This document shows positions 1 through 13,276 of a DNA stretch of 64,000 nucleotides, one piece after another. The notes below the pieces were generated by a model. It saw only the letters and a program-made list of their open reading frames with translations. It did not search any database and was not told where the DNA came from. Position numbers and translations under genes: made by a program. Source of the DNA: Malacoraja senta (lineage: Eukaryota); the NCBI GenBank assembly GCA_038087875.1, contig CM075989.1:19222001-19286000 (forward strand), in the 5' to 3' direction. Position 1 is the stretch's first letter. Each line of letters begins with the position of its first letter.

Positions 1-24
1 AGCAAATCTCTTTCTCATGTAATG

Positions 25-243
25 TAGACACAAAATGCTGGAGTAACTCAGCGGGACAGGCAGCATCTCTGGATAGAAGGAATGGGTGACGTTTCGGGTC
101 GAGACCCTTCCACAGTTTGAAGAAGGTCTCGAGCGAAACGTCACCCGTTCCTTCTCTCCAGAGATGCTGCCTGTCCCGCTGAGTTACTCCAGCATTTTGT
201 GCCTATCTTCGGTGTAAACCAGCATCTGCAGTTCCTTCCTACA
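25..243. repeat. Fold-back (palindromic) Penelope-terminal-repeat element
   Basis: Two inverted arms of about 85-95 bp meeting at degenerate hammerhead cores (about 110-120). Confidence 0.8.
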
Positions 244-302
244 TATACCCCTTACTGGAGTACATTGTAGATCATTGAAAGTTACATTAGTCAAGTCAAG
301 AG

Positions 303-860
303 TGTTTTTTTTAAATTTTTTTATTAGAAGTACAATTGTATACAATCATATTTTCATAATACATTTTATGTACAGTTTCTTATTTTTTTTAATTTTGTAA
401 TAAAGAAGAAAAAGAAAAAGAAATTAGATAATGAAGAATAAAAAAATGTGAGATATATAGTGTGTGAAAAAGAAAAATAGAGAGTGAAAGAAGAAAGTTA
501 AGAAATAGAAAATAGAAGAAAAAGAGTAAAAGAAGAAAAGAGAAGAAAAAGAAAAGAGAAGTAAGGAGATCGTGTTTAATAATAATAATAATGTATGAAG
601 AGTTATGAAGATATTGCTGGTGCACATGTAGTTTATTTCTATCACCAAATCTTTAAGAACCTCAACTTTCTTTGAAATTCTCCTCAAGGTCCACTTTTTT
701 AACCTAAGCTTTCATCAAGTATAATTTTCTTTAGTCCAATGTCTGCTTGTCTTTTTAAATTATAATTCTGATAATTCTTTTATCTTTTAAAGGCGCTACG
801 TAAGTGTAAAAAGTTGCTATTATTGTTTTGTAGTATTTAACCTATTGTATTAATTTCTTG
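303..860 (-). mobile_element. Probable degenerate L1-like 3' end
   Basis: Terminus tttttattagaagtacaattgta resembles the 45091 element (ttttattagaagcaattgta); pyrimidine-rich UTR on -. Confidence 0.4.
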
Positions 861-922
861 TTGGTTGCACTTTGTGTCTATTCTTGTAAAACAGCATCTG
901 CAGTTCCTTGTTTCTACTGTAC

Positions 923-986
923 CTTCTTTGATGCTCGTCCCTTTCCAAATTGTCAAGATGCATCTGTGTAATTTGATCCACTTTGT
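923..986 (-). CDS. MYO5C: Myosin Vc exon 24 (DKVDQITQMHLDNLERDEHQR)
   Basis: 64 nt, tttttttacag|...|gtacag; phase 1 to 2; resembles EKMDNLTKQLFDDVQKEERQR. Confidence 0.82.
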
Positions 987-1196
987 CTGTAAAAAAAATA
1001 GAAATGATCAAATATGCATTGTGTAGTGGTTATAGAACTGGCTCGGTTCCAATCATCAGTTTCATTAATCAGTGTTAACAACATTGAGGATTCAATGTTA
1101 CAGCAGGGACTTGATCAAAATGGGTGCACCGATTTGCTTTCGTTTTCTCATCTGAGAGTAAATTCTGGATGAAGGTCTCACTTCAAGATCTCCTCC

Positions 1197-1397
1197 AGAA
1201 TCCTGTCTCACTGGAGCGTCATTTGCGTGTCACGCAGATGGCGCGCAAAGATTTTGTACATCCCAAAATCCTGGGGCGGCGGGCGTGTCACTGCCTACGT
1301 CACCACGCACCATGTAATGCACACCATGCGCGCGTCGTGACACGTAAATGATGTCGCGTAAATCACGCACAAATGACGCCCCAGTGGGACAGGCCCT
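1197..1397. mobile_element. Second copy of the same MITE, opposite orientation
   Basis: Interior is the reverse complement of 17090-17270; right end cagtgggacaggccct-taa. Confidence 0.65.
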
Positions 1398-1950
1398 TAA
1401 GTCTCCTCGGTCGCGCTAACTGCACTGTCAGAGGTGATGTTCAAAATGGTTGGTATCTATGTGCAGGTATGCACTCTTTACGCACCCTTCAGTTTACTTT
1501 ATTTTAGAGATACATTGTGGAAACTGGCTCTTTGGCCCACCGAGTCCTCGCCGACCAGTGATCTCCGCACGATAACACTATCCTACACACACTAGGGACA
1601 ATTTACAATTTTACCGAAGCCAATTAACCTACAAACTTGTATGTCTGGGAGTGTGGGAGGAAACCGGAGATCCCAGAGAAAACCCACACAGGTCACGGGG
1701 AGAACGTACAAACTCCGCACCCGTAGTCAGGATTGAACCTGGGACCCTGGCAATGTAAGGCAGCAACTCTACCGCTGTGCCACCGTGACTCCGTTTGGGG
1801 AGATTACCACCGTTTTTCTTCACGCCCAAAGACAGACAGAAGTCATCCAACACTTCTTGGCGGACCTAACACCTGGCGCCATTAATACTTGTGCACTAAC
1901 ATCTCTCGTGTTTGCCTTTCAAAATCTACTTCTGCAGAGAAAAACCATAC

Positions 1951-2044
1951 CTTTCATTTCTTGGGTCTGATCTTGGTGTTGCTTCTTCAACTTCTCATTT
2001 TGGCCCCGCAGTGATAACGTTTCCTTTCGAAGCTCCGACAACAC
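1951..2044 (-). CDS. MYO5C: Myosin Vc exon 23 (VLSELRKETLSLRGQNEKLKKQHQDQTQEMK)
   Basis: 94 nt, cgcag|...|gtatgg; coiled-coil composition, phase 0 to 1. Confidence 0.85.
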
Positions 2045-2202
2045 CTGCGAGAATTAAAAAAAAATAAAAGAAAGAATTAAGATAGAGGCACAAGGAAATG
2101 TAGATTCTGCAACCTCGAGCTGGAGGAACTCAGCGGGTCAGGCGGCGTCTGTGGAGGGAATGGACAGATGATGTTTCGGGGTCCAGATCCTTCTTCGAAG
2201 GA

Positions 2203-2495
2203 AGGCACAGTGGCGCAGCGGTAGAGTTGCTGCCTTACAGCGCCAGAGATCCGGGTTCGACCCTAACTAAGGGTGCTGTATGTACGGAGTTTGTACGTTC
2301 TCCCCGTGACCTGCGTGGGTTTTCTCTGGGATCTCTGGTTTCCTCCCACACTCCAAAGACGTACAGGTTTGTTGGCTTGGTGTAAATGTAAAATTGTCCC
2401 TAGTGCATGTAAGATAGCGTTAATGCGTGAGGATCGCTGGTCAGTGTGGACTCAAGGGGCCGAAGGGCCTGTTTCCACACTCTATCTCTAAACTA
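2203..2495 (+). mobile_element. tRNA-derived V-SINE (HE1-like), representative of about 30 copies in the window
   Basis: A-box tggcgcagcgg, B-box ggttcga, V-domain gcgtgggttttctc...ggtttcctcccacactccaaagac, CR1-like tail gggccgaagggcctgtttcc...ctctaaac. Confidence 0.85.
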
Positions 2496-2630
2496 AAAAC
2501 AAAAGTATTAAGTTGACCTGGCAGTAACTCTGTAGAAAATAGAAAGTTTGATTCTTCCGCATGCATCCCCTTGACAACAGTTCGTTAATCACTTGAATAC
2601 GATTCGGTGTTGTTCCACAAACATAATCAC

Positions 2631-2795
2631 CTGCTCTGTTTGTGACTTGCTTTTCTTCATTTGGTCTTCGATGAATTTCTTTTGCGTCATTGCTTTCTTC
2701 AACTCTTCCTCAACTTTGTGAAATTTACGCGCTTCGGTCGAGTGAAGCGTCGACAGGGAAGTCAAACGTTCCAGCAAGCCTTTGTTCTCTTTGCC
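2631..2795 (-). CDS. MYO5C: Myosin Vc exon 22 (coiled coil: GKENKGLLERLTSL...SKSQTEQ)
   Basis: 165 nt, gccag|...|gtgatt; resembles MYO5C NKENHGLVEKLTSL. Confidence 0.9.
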
Positions 2796-4937
2796 CTGGC
2801 ACCAGACACCACAGACAGGTTCACGAAGATTCAACAATTATTTTATCAACAACAAATTAAATAATCACCAGGTATCAAACAAGACACGGAGGAGTCAAAA
2901 CCGTTCAGTTGTTGAAAAGATTGCATCCAAGTCATTTTAAACTTGCGCAAATAAACTCGAGCCGTGCTATGTTAAGACATAACCGGCACCACGGAACAGT
3001 CCAAAATAATTTTCTTGATATTCAAGTCAAGTCAAGTGAGTTTATTGTCATGTGTCCCTGGTAGGACAATGAAATTCTTGCTTTGCTTGAGCACAACAGA
3101 ACATAGTAGGCATTTACTACAAGGCATTCTATAAATATATACACAATGGTCAATATACTGATAAAGTGCAAATAACAGTATTGGCTAGTAAAGTTCAGTG
3201 TTATGTCCGAGCCAGGTTTAATAGCCTGATGGCTGTGGGGAAGTAGCTGTTCCTGAACCTGGTGAATTTTGCTTATGAATCACATAATAATTCTTACCTT
3301 GGGGTAATTAAGATAGATAGAAACATATCACAAACCTGCTACTCAACTAATTTAATATTTCTGAAAAATTACTTGCATAACTCTACAACTGCATGGAAAC
3401 AGGCCCTTCGGCTAAACTCGCCCATGAAAACCCTTCTATGTTAGTCCCATTTGCCTGCATTTGGCCCATATCCCTCTAAACCTGTCAAAATGTATTTTAG
3501 ATGTTCTTATTGTAACTGCCCCAACTACCTCCTCTGGCAGCTCGTTCCCTACGCTCACCACTCTCTGAGTGCAAAGGCTGCCCCTCAGGTTCCCATGAAG
3601 GCGGACCTCAGAGATTTGAGGTTGCACAGAGCTGCTGCCCCTCTGTAGCAGAGACCCGGGTTCAATCCTGACCTCGGTTGCTGTCTGTGTGGAGGTTGCA
3701 CATTCGCCCAGTGACGGCGTGGATTTTCTCTGGGTGCTCCGGTTGCCTAAACGCCCCCCCCCCCTCCCCCACTGTCAATCTCATCAAACCACTCCAGGTT
3801 CTCCTTGAAAAGCCAAGAGTCTCTGCACAGATGTGGGGTCATCTCAGATGGGTGCACAAAATCATGAGAGGAACAGATCGGAGTCTCTTGCCCAGAGGAG
3901 TGGAATTGAGAACCAGAGGACATAGGTTTAAGGTGAGGCGGGAAAGATTCAATAGGAATCTGAGGGGTAACTTTTTCACACATAGGGCGGTAGGTGTATG
4001 GAACGAGTTGAGTAGTTGAGACAGGTACAATTGCAATATTTAAGAAACATTTAGACACTTATATGTATAGGAAGGATTTAGATGGGCTAAATGCAGTCAG
4101 GTGGGACTAGTGTAAATGGGACATATTGGTCAGTGTGTGCAAGTTGGGCCGAAGGGCCTGTTTTCACCTTGTAAGACTCTATGCCTGCTTTGGATGCATT
4201 TTCAGGGCATCCCATGAAGCCTTCAACACTCCATGACTCCTGCCTCTGGGAATCAACAGGTTGTCTGCCTTCTGGGAAGAACCCCTGTCTTGGAGTCTTT
4301 AGCAGTTGCAACACAGACCTTTTCCCTGAACTACCAAAGTAACACGACACAAGTAGATAGAGTGGTGAAGAAAGCACTTGATATGGCCACCTTCATTGGC
4401 CAGGGTATTGAGTACAAGAGTCGGGATGTCATGATGCAGCTTTATAGGACGTTGGTTGGGCTACTTATGGAACACTGTTTGCAGTTCTGGGCACCCCATT
4501 TATATACTTTCCCCCCCATTGAAACATGCCAAATAGTGAAACTCCTGGATAGAGTGGATGTGGAGAGGATGTTTCCACTAGTGGGAGAGTCTGGGACCAA
4601 AGGCCATAGCCACAGAATAAAAGGACGTACCTTAAGAAAGGAGATGAGGAGGAATATCTTTAGTCAGAGTGTGGTGAATCTGTGGAATTCATTGCTGTGG
4701 AGGACAAGTCATTGGATGTTTTTAAGGCAGAGATAGATAGGTCCCTAATTAGTACTGGTGTTATGGGGAGAAGGCAGGAGAATGGGGTTAGGAGGGAGAG
4801 ATAGATCAGCCGTGATTGAATGGCGGAGTAGACTTGATGGGCTGACGGACTCGATGGGCCGAATGGCCTAATTCTGCACCTACAACTTATGAACTTATGC
4901 AATATCTGTCTAGCTGGCGGGGAAACAGGAAACCCAC

Positions 4938-5084
4938 CTGCTCGTCCAGTTTCCTGTGGAGTTGTTTCACACGAAACGTGAGCTGGATGTTTAAGACAAA
5001 ACGGCGTATACTTTGGTACCTGCGTCTAACCAGCCAAGCGCGGACATGCTTTTGAATTATTACTGCTTTCTGGTCTTTCACCAT
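4938..5084 (-). CDS. MYO5C: Myosin Vc exon 21 (IQ5-6: MVKDQKAVIIQKHVRAWL...RRFVLNIQLTFRVKQLHRKLDEQ)
   Basis: 147 nt, tacag|...|gtgggt. Confidence 0.94.
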
Positions 5085-5941
5085 CTGTAACAAATATTGA
5101 ACAAAGTTAGGTCAACCTTCCATGGTGTCCTACATCAGCAATTGAGAAAATAAAATCTATTTAGTAGTTTCTTATATTTAAAAAAATGCTGTAGAAAAGT
5201 AGCAATGGGCTGTGTCCACCCACTCTCTGCAGGTTCAGGCTGACAAGAGCAGAGCTGTCGCCATGCCTGCTTGAGATTCAAATATGTTCTGTAGTGCATC
5301 TGCCGGTTTAGTTTAGAGATACGGTGCAGAAACAGGCCCTTCGGCCCACCGAGTCCGCACCGACCAGTGATCCCCGCGCGTTAACACTACCCTACACACA
5401 CTGGGGACAATTTTACATTTATACCAAGCCAATTAACCTACAAACCTGTACGTCTTTGGAGTGTGGGAAGAAAACGAAGATCTCGGAGAAAACCCACGCA
5501 GGTCACGGGGAGAACGTACAAACTCCGTAGTCAGGATCAAACCGGGTCTCTGGCGCTGTAAGGGAGTACCTCTTACGCCCCTCCACAGTGCCGCCCAAAG
5601 TTCATGAGAATCCTACTTGGACATGCCGGATCTTCTCACAAGCCTAAGAAAGTGCACTTTGCTGATCACCGCGCCAGTGTGAAGGGCTCAGATCAGGTTG
5701 CTGGTCTGAAGAAGGGTCCCGACCCCGAACATCACCTAACCATGTTCTCCAGAGATGTTGTCCGATCCGTTGAGTTACTCCATCACCTTGTGTCCATGTT
5801 TAGGTTGCTGGTGACATAGATGCCTAGGAGCCTGAAGCTAGCGACCATCTCCACTGCAGCCCCATTGACAAGGACAAATGGCAGACCAACGCCCTCATGT
5901 CGGAGTTGAGCGGGTTGCTCGGCCGCTGGCTTTAGTCTTAC

Positions 5942-6107
5942 CTTCCTGTAGCGTCTCCGGGCCAGCCATCCGCGGGTGTGGGACTGGATGACCACGATGG
6001 CCATCACGATGAGCTGGTAACGCCGCCGTACCAAGAAGCCGCGCCAATGCTTCTGGATAATGACGGTCGCCCACGCTTGCTTCAGGGTTGTGGCCGTCAA
6101 CATGTGC
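5942..6107 (-). CDS. MYO5C: Myosin Vc exon 20 (IQ3-4: IIQKHWRGFLVRR...IQSHTRGWLARRRYRK)
   Basis: 166 nt, tgaag|...|gtaaga; two IQ motifs. Confidence 0.93.
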
Positions 6108-6658
6108 CTTCAATGAAACAAACACATCCACACATTACTTGTGGAATTTCTCTGCCCCAGAAGGCAGTGGAGGCCAATTCACTGGACGAATTTAACAGAG
6201 TTAGTTAGAGCTCTTGGGGCTAACAGAATCAAGGGGTATGGGGAGAAGGCAGGCACGGGTTACTGATTGTGGATGATCAGCCATGATCACAATGAATGGC
6301 GGTGTTGGCTCGAAGGGTCGAATGGTCTCCTCCTGCACCTGTTGTCTATGTTCCTACATTAACCCTATCTATCCCTCTTATTTCAAGAGAGAGTTAGAAA
6401 TAGCTCTAAGGGCTAATGGAATCAAGGAATATGGGGAAAAAGCAGGAACGGGGTAATGACTTTTGATGATCAGTCATGATCAATTGAATGACGGTGCTGG
6501 CTCGAAGGGCCGAAGGGCCGAATGGCCTACTCCTGCACCTACTTTCCATGTTTCTATGTTATAATTTTACATACTTTTATTAAATTTATTTTTTCTTAAA
6601 TTTTGCAATTGTTTTATAAAGCAAGCAATAAATTCATTGTGGCGGGCAGTGTTCCTAC

Positions 6659-6870
6659 CGTATGGTACGCTCTCCACGAACATACTGCTGTAGGATAATG
6701 GCAGCTCGTTTGAGTGTGAGGAACTTTTTTCGTTGAATCCAGCTGCGATAATTTTTCTGAATGGTGATCGATGCTGCCCTAAGTCTGTCTGCGCGGAGTT
6801 TTTCCAAATAGGCCACTTGCCCTGCTCGGAAGAAAATCTTTGTTTTACCAAAGTGAAATTGGTTTGGATC
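6659..6870 (-). CDS. MYO5C: Myosin Vc exon 19 ([26 protein letters not shown]... IQ1-2)
   Basis: 212 nt, tgcag|...|gtagga. Confidence 0.95.
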
Positions 6871-6965
6871 CTGCAGGGAACAAAACAATTATCATTCACT
6901 AAAGTGAAATAGAAAAACTAAAATCCAATATGCTTGGTGTACAGAGTACAACATTGAATCGAATG

Positions 6966-7428
6966 GACTTTCATATGAAGAAAGACTGGATAGACTCGGC
7001 TTGTACTCGCTAGAATTTAGAAGATTGAGGGGGGATCTTATAGAAACTTACAAAATTCTTAAGGGGTTGGACAGGCTAGATGCAGGAAGATTGTTCCCGA
7101 TGTTGGGGAAGTCCAGAACAAGGGGTCACAGTTTAAGGATAAAGGGGAAATCTTTTAGGACTGAGATGAGAAAAACATTTTTTACACAGAGAGTGGTGAA
7201 TCTGTGGAATTCTCTGCCACAGAAGGTAGTTGAGGCCAGTTCATTGGTTATATTTAAGAGGGAGTTAGATGTGGCCCTTGTGGCTAAAGGGATCAAGGGG
7301 TATGGAGAGAAAGCAGGTACAGGATACTGAGTTGGATGATCAGCCATGATCATATTGAATGGCGGTGCAGGCTCGAAGGGCCGAATGGCCTACTCCTGCA
7401 CCTACTTTCTATGTTTCTATGTTTCTAT
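6966..7428 (+). mobile_element. CR1-type LINE 3' fragment
   Basis: Nearly the same sequence as 21100-21563. Confidence 0.9.
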
Positions 7429-8038
7429 GAAAGATACAACATGGAAACGGGCCCTTCAGCCCACCGAGTCCAAGCTGGCGAAATGTGTAGGCAGGAACTG
7501 CAGATGCTGGTTTACACCAAAGATAGACACAAAATACTGGAATAACTCTGCGGGACAGGCATCTCTGGAGAGAAGGGATGGGTGACGTTTCTCGTCCCGA
7601 AACATCACCTATTCCTTCTATCCAGAGATGCTGCCTGTCCCGCTGAGTTACCCCAGCATTTTGTGTCTATCTTTGAGTCCATGCTGACCATCGTTCACCC
7701 ATTCACACTAAATCCACCTGATCACATTTTTTGCACCGTCTCTACACATCAGGAGCAAATTCCTAAGGCCCTACAAATGTACAGTGTCAGACATCACATG
7801 TTGGTCTGAATGGGGCAAGTATCAGAACTGTGATCAGTTAAGAAAAAAAGTGTTGTCACTGACAAGGGTTAATACTATGTAGACAAAAATGCTGGAGAAA
7901 CTCAGCGGGTGAGGCAGCATCTATGGAGCGAAGGAATAGGTGACGTTTCGGGTCAAGACCCTTCTTCACGAAGGAATAGAACTCCAATACTAAGAACTCC
8001 AATACTAAGTTGGACGACAGTGTCCTTTGCATACCGAC

Positions 8039-8150
8039 CTGGATTAAACGCTGCAAGACCCCTTTGCAAATCTGTTTTTTGTCGTTTATTGCCAAATCGT
8101 GTTGCGACATCAAAATACGATAACGGCCGAAGAACTCAAAGTATGTCCAT
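8039..8150 (-). CDS. MYO5C: Myosin Vc exon 18 ([14 protein letters not shown]...[10 protein letters not shown])
   Basis: 112 nt, ttcag|...|gtcggt; converter. Confidence 0.93.
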
Positions 8151-8802
8151 CTGAAAATGAGATATTTACATTTCTGTTTTGCACAACTTCACTTGCTCCC
8201 ACCCAGGGTAGAGGATTTTAAAGGACGTGGGCTGAAGAGGAGAGATTTGAGAGAGGTCTCAGGGGCAGTCTTTGGAGCAGAGGGTTGTCTGGATCTAGAA
8301 CGAGCTGCCAGACACTTTTGAGATACAGCGTAGAAACAGGCCCTTCGGCCCACCAGTGATAGTACACCAGCACTATCCTGCGCACCAGGGACAATTTAAC
8401 TACATTACCAAAGCCAATTAACCTACAAACCGGTCCATCATTGGAGTGTGGGAGGAAACCAGAGCGCCGGAAAAAACTCATGCGGTCACAGGGAGAATGT
8501 ACAAACTCCATACAGACAGCACCCGTAGTCAGGATGGAACCCGGGTCTCTGCCGCAGTAAGGCATCAACTATGCCACTGAGCCACCCTATAGAAGTGACA
8601 CAATTCCGACTTTTGAAAGACGTTTGAACAGATATATGGTTCAGAAGGGTTTAGATGGATGTGGGCCAAATGTAGGCAAATGGGACTAGCCCAACATGCC
8701 AACTTGGTCGGCATGAACAAGATGGGCCGAAGGGCTGGTTTCCCTGCTGTACAGCTCTGAGATTCACACAGTGATGGCAGGATGGCAAAGGCTGTTGTCT
8801 AC

Positions 8803-8889
8803 CTGGAAGGATAACTCTGTGCGCTGATCCGGATCGTCTCCAGTACGCCACATGCTCTCAGCTGCTGGACCACTCTCTTGCAATCATAT
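8803..8889 (-). CDS. MYO5C: Myosin Vc exon 17 ([29 protein letters not shown])
   Basis: 87 nt, tttag|...|gtagac; SH1/SH2 region with Vc-type SAQSYPSR. Confidence 0.95.
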
Positions 8890-9462
8890 CTAAAATCACA
8901 AGTTCAGTTTAGTTTAGAGATACAGCACAGAAACAGGCCCTTCTGCCCACCGAGTCTGTTCCGACCAGTGATCTCCCGTACATTAGCGTTATCCTACATA
9001 CTTGCGACAATTTACAATTTTTACCAAAGTCAACTAACCTACAAACTTGTAGGTCTTTGGAATGTGGGAGGAAACCAGAGCACCTGGAGAAAACCCATGC
9101 AGTCAAGTCTAGAGTGTTTTATTGTCATATGTCCCAGATAGAACAATGAAATTCGTACTTGCTGCAGCACAACAGAATATGTCATCATAATAAATAATAA
9201 CAAAAATTAAGAAAAAAACAAACAAGCAATAACAGTGCAATAATAATAATACTTATTATTTATTTAATTAACGGGCAAACTCCGCACAGACAGCACCCGT
9301 AGTCAGGGTCGAACCAGGGTCTCTGGCGCTGTGAGGCAGCAACTCTACCGCTGCGCCACCCCGCCACGTCACACCATTGAACATGAAATTGATATTTTGC
9401 TCACGTCTTTAGATTATGTAATATTTTAATTTTGGAACCAACTTTAAGAAGTTGACAACTTA

Positions 9463-9567
<105 letters not shown>

Positions 9568-9713
9568 TTAATATAATTTAAAGAGGATTAGAAAGTCAAA
9601 CATTTATTTCTGATTTATTAAATAATTTTAATATAATTTAAGCAGTATTTAAAAAGTTTTTTTTTAATTCACGACTATGTTAGAAGATCTTACTACAGAA
9701 GAAACAACTGTAC

Positions 9714-9848
9714 CTTACTGCCGACTGTGGTCCTGTGTTGCTTGTTAAAGGATTTGAAGCCCGCTCTTGCCGCCCGGACTTTAATATTCGCATTTAGGTT
9801 CCCCGTGGTCGATTCATTGTCTTGGAAGAAATTAGCCAGTAGATGGAT
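9714..9848 (-). CDS. MYO5C: Myosin Vc exon 15 (loop 2: IHLLANFFQDN...KQHRTTVGSK)
   Basis: 135 nt, cacag|...|gtacag; short Vc-type loop 2 ending RTTVGSK. Confidence 0.92.
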
Positions 9849-10330
9849 CTGTGTAATTTTTTTAAAAAGCAAAGACTAAAGCAAAGGCAGCACCTCTAAA
9901 ATGGTAAACATCAAACAACATATGTTTGTCAATGGTGCGATCACCCTGTACACTCACCACCCACTAAGAACAATTTTACAACTTGTGAAATCCAATTAAC
10001 CTTCAAAGCTGCACGTCTTTGGAGTGTAGGAGGAAACCGGAGCACCTGGAGAAACCCCCCGTGGTCACAGGGAGAACGTACAAATTCCACACGGACAGCT
10101 TCCGTAGTCAGGGTCAAACCCGGGTCTCTGCTGCTGTAAGGCAGCAACTCTACCCCTGCGCCATTATACTGTGCCGCCCCTAATCATTAATGTACTGTGT
10201 TATTGATCAGTGTATATTTATCTTTGTGTTATTGTGTTCATGGGCCTGTTAAGTTGCAGCAAGTTAAAAACTTCAATGAAATACTCCTGACTCTCTTAAA
10301 CTATGTTACATTACAGAGATGGTCACAAAC

Positions 10331-10414
10331 CTTACTTTTCTTCAGTACATTGATGAGTTCTTCATACAACGTATCTCTGTTTTTCTCCAGGAATCCTTCA
10401 CATTCATATTGCAC
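10331..10414 (-). CDS. MYO5C: Myosin Vc exon 14 ([28 protein letters not shown])
   Basis: 84 nt, acaag|...|gtttgt; FLEKNRD motif. Confidence 0.93.
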
Positions 10415-11687
10415 CTTGTCGAAATAAGATACTACCATTATTCCAAGCCTCTAAGTAAACAAATCTCATTTTAGTTTTAGTTTAGTTTAGAGATACAGCG
10501 CGGAAACAGACCCCCCCCCAAAGTCCGCACCGACCAGCGATCCCCACACACTAACACTATCCTACACACTAGGGACAATTTTACATTTATACCAAGCCAA
10601 TTAACGTACAAACCTGTACGTCTTTGGAGTGCGGGAGGAAAGCGGCGATCTCAGAGAAAAGCCGCACGGTCACGGGGAGAACGTACAAACTCCGTACAGA
10701 CAGCAGCCGTGGTCAGGATCGAACCCGGGTCTCTGGTGCTGTAAACGCTGCAAGGCAGCAACTTTACCGCTGCGCCACCGTGTTTTAGTTTAGATTGTTG
10801 CACCGAAGTACAGTGCGTAGCGTTTTTGTCATGCGCTATCCGGTCAGTGAAAAAACTGGATAGTACATCTCGTATGTGTATGTGACGAATAAACTTGACT
10901 TGACTATTCATGATTACATCAACCCGTCCACTGTTCAGTTCAGTTTATTGTCACGTGTACCGATCTACAGTGAAAAGCTCTCGTGCAGAATAAGTGCTAT
11001 AATGTTTAGTGCAATCTTATGTTTGATACGTTGATGTTCGTGGAAATCATCAAGGGCAAGGCAGAGACATAGGCAGATCAGATAATACGATACATTCATA
11101 CAATCATGCCCGACTCAAGTATAATAGATAGAACAATGGGGAAGATACAGAGTGCAGAATGTAGTTCTCAGCATTGTAGCCCATCAGTTCCATCGACACG
11201 AAGATAGACAAAAAATGCTGGAGTAACTCAGCGGATCAGGCAGCATCTCTGGAGAAAAGGAATAGGTGACGTTTCGGGTGGAGACCCAAACCTTCTGCAG
11301 TGAAGAAGGGTCTCGACCCAAACCTTCACCTATTCCTTCTCTCCGGAGATGCTGCCTGTCCCGCTGAGTTACTCCCCAGCATTTTGTGTCTATCTTTGGT
11401 GTAAACAAGCATCAGCAGCTCCTTGCTACACAGTTCCATAGACAGTGTGAGATGGGGTTGAGATAAATCGGAGAGTGCCCGATCTCGTGGAAGGACCATT
11501 CAGAAGCCTGATACCAGAGGTGAAGAATTTCCCAAGTCCGGTGGTGTGCGTTTTCAAGCTTCTGGACCTTCTGGCTGATGGGATCAGGGAGGAGGAGGAA
11601 TGACCAGGGTGGGACAAGTCTTTGATTAGGTTGGCTGCTTCTCCAAGGCAGCGTGAAGTATTGACGGAGTGTATTGGAGCCACTCAC

Positions 11688-11813
11688 CTTGTCAGCAAAG
11701 TGCTGGATGATGAAAGCCTTCCTCATCATTCTGGGCTTCTCAAAGAGAGGGTTCTTGTTCAAGTAGTTATTCTGTAGTTTCTGAAGCCAATTGTCCTCTG
11801 TTCCCTGCGGCAG
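11688..11813 (-). CDS. MYO5C: Myosin Vc exon 13 ([13 protein letters not shown]...FIIQHFADK)
   Basis: 126 nt, cacag|...|gtgagt. Confidence 0.95.
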
Positions 11814-13135
11814 CTGTGTAGACAATATGGAGAGACACGAACTTGGAGGATAGACAACAGGCCATTGGTATCTGCAAAGTGCTGGAGGAACTCAGCGGGT
11901 CAGGCAACCTCTGTGGTCAGACGATGTTTCGGGTCAGGACCCTTCTTCAGACTCATGTGCTCCTGGAATCCGAACCAAAACATCGTCTGTCCATTCCCTC
12001 CACAGATGCTGCCTGACCCGTTGAATTCCTCCAGTTCTCCCTTCGTGCTTTGTTCAAGATTGCAGCATCTGCTTGTGTCTCCAGCAGTAAGTTTACTAAT
12101 AGCAGCCAGTTATGGTCTTCAATAGACAAAAATGTATTGTAAACTGCGGCAACAACAAGAATGACAGTGACATCATTTATGCTCTTCCCTTTGGACATCA
12201 CAGCAGTTACTGTACAGTTCGTAACTGTCACTGTATGTCATGTTGTTACTTGTGGGCGGAGCACCAAGGCAAATTCCTTGTATGTGAATACTTGGCCAAT
12301 AAACTTACTTACTTAACCAACCACAGTTCAATGGAATACAGACCATGACCACTCTTACATTGCAGTCCCCCACATATCCCGGAGCATGTTTTATGGTTCA
12401 TTCCATCACACACCAACCTAGTTACCCGGATATACCTCACCGTTTCTCAGGGGTTCTTGAGTAAGCAAAACAATGCACAATACATCAATTTTAAAGTCCC
12501 ATCATTTCCACACCAATCCACATTACAATAGAAAGTGAACTCGCGTTAACCTGAACCAGCGCAAAATATCCACTTAGTTTTGGAGACACAAGAAACTGCA
12601 GATGCTGGAATCTGGAGCAAGTCACAAAGTGCTGGAGGAAGACAGCTGGCCAGGCAGCGTTGGTGTAGGGAATGGGTAGGCAGTGTTTCAAGTCGGGAGA
12701 AAGGGTGGGGGGGGGAGAAAGTTGGATAAGAGAGGTGTGGGGGCAAGAGAAAGCCTGGCGAGGGGGTTGACAACTGGAAGCTGCGTGGTGTAAGTGACAA
12801 AGGTTACAAGTGAAAAGTAGACAAAAGGGTGTGAGATAAGGAGAGGAGGAGTGGAATGTGGAGCCGGAGGGAGAGAGATGGGTGAAAGTGGCATTGGGGT
12901 GGGAGGAACGAGAGTGGATGAAAGGGAAATGAGGGATGGTATGTGGAGGAGGGGGAAGGAGCAGGGTGACCAGGGTGGAGGGAGATGGTGGGTGCCATGT
13001 GTGAACACCAGAGTGGAGGGGGTGAGTGAGGTGAAATTGGAGATGTCAACATTTGTGTTGTGAGCTACCCAGGTGGAATATGGATTGCCAGCGTCTCTTA
13101 AGCAGTCAACAATTATTTAAGAACGTCCTACTTAC

Positions 13136-13276
13136 CAGACATTCCTCATCGAGCAACTCCAATATGCCCATTTTAGCCTCTATCAAGTCAATGCACGGCT
13201 GGTTATCGTTGAACTCTATCAAGGTCCATGGGATGTCCTCCTTCATGTATTCATCTTGTTCCAGTTTAAACACATG
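13136..13276 (-). CDS. MYO5C: Myosin Vc exon 12 ([17 protein letters not shown]...[11 protein letters not shown])
   Basis: 141 nt, tccag|...|gtaagt. Confidence 0.95.

Noticed and set aside
389..687. Hydrophobic F/L-rich ORFs as membrane proteins (also 45089-45398)
   Set aside because: Translations of low-complexity, T-rich LINE 3'UTRs.
1..922. MYO5C exon 25
   Set aside because: No phase-2 exon with a credible coiled-coil translation and splice sites was found; the region is repeat-derived, so the next exon is probably outside the window.
2203..2275. tRNA genes (many A-box/B-box heads)
   Set aside because: Each continues into the V-domain and LINE-like tail; these are SINE heads, not complete cloverleaf tRNAs.
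12688..13085. Pro-rich ORFs
   Set aside because: Purine-rich, degenerate Penelope 3' region read on the pyrimidine strand.
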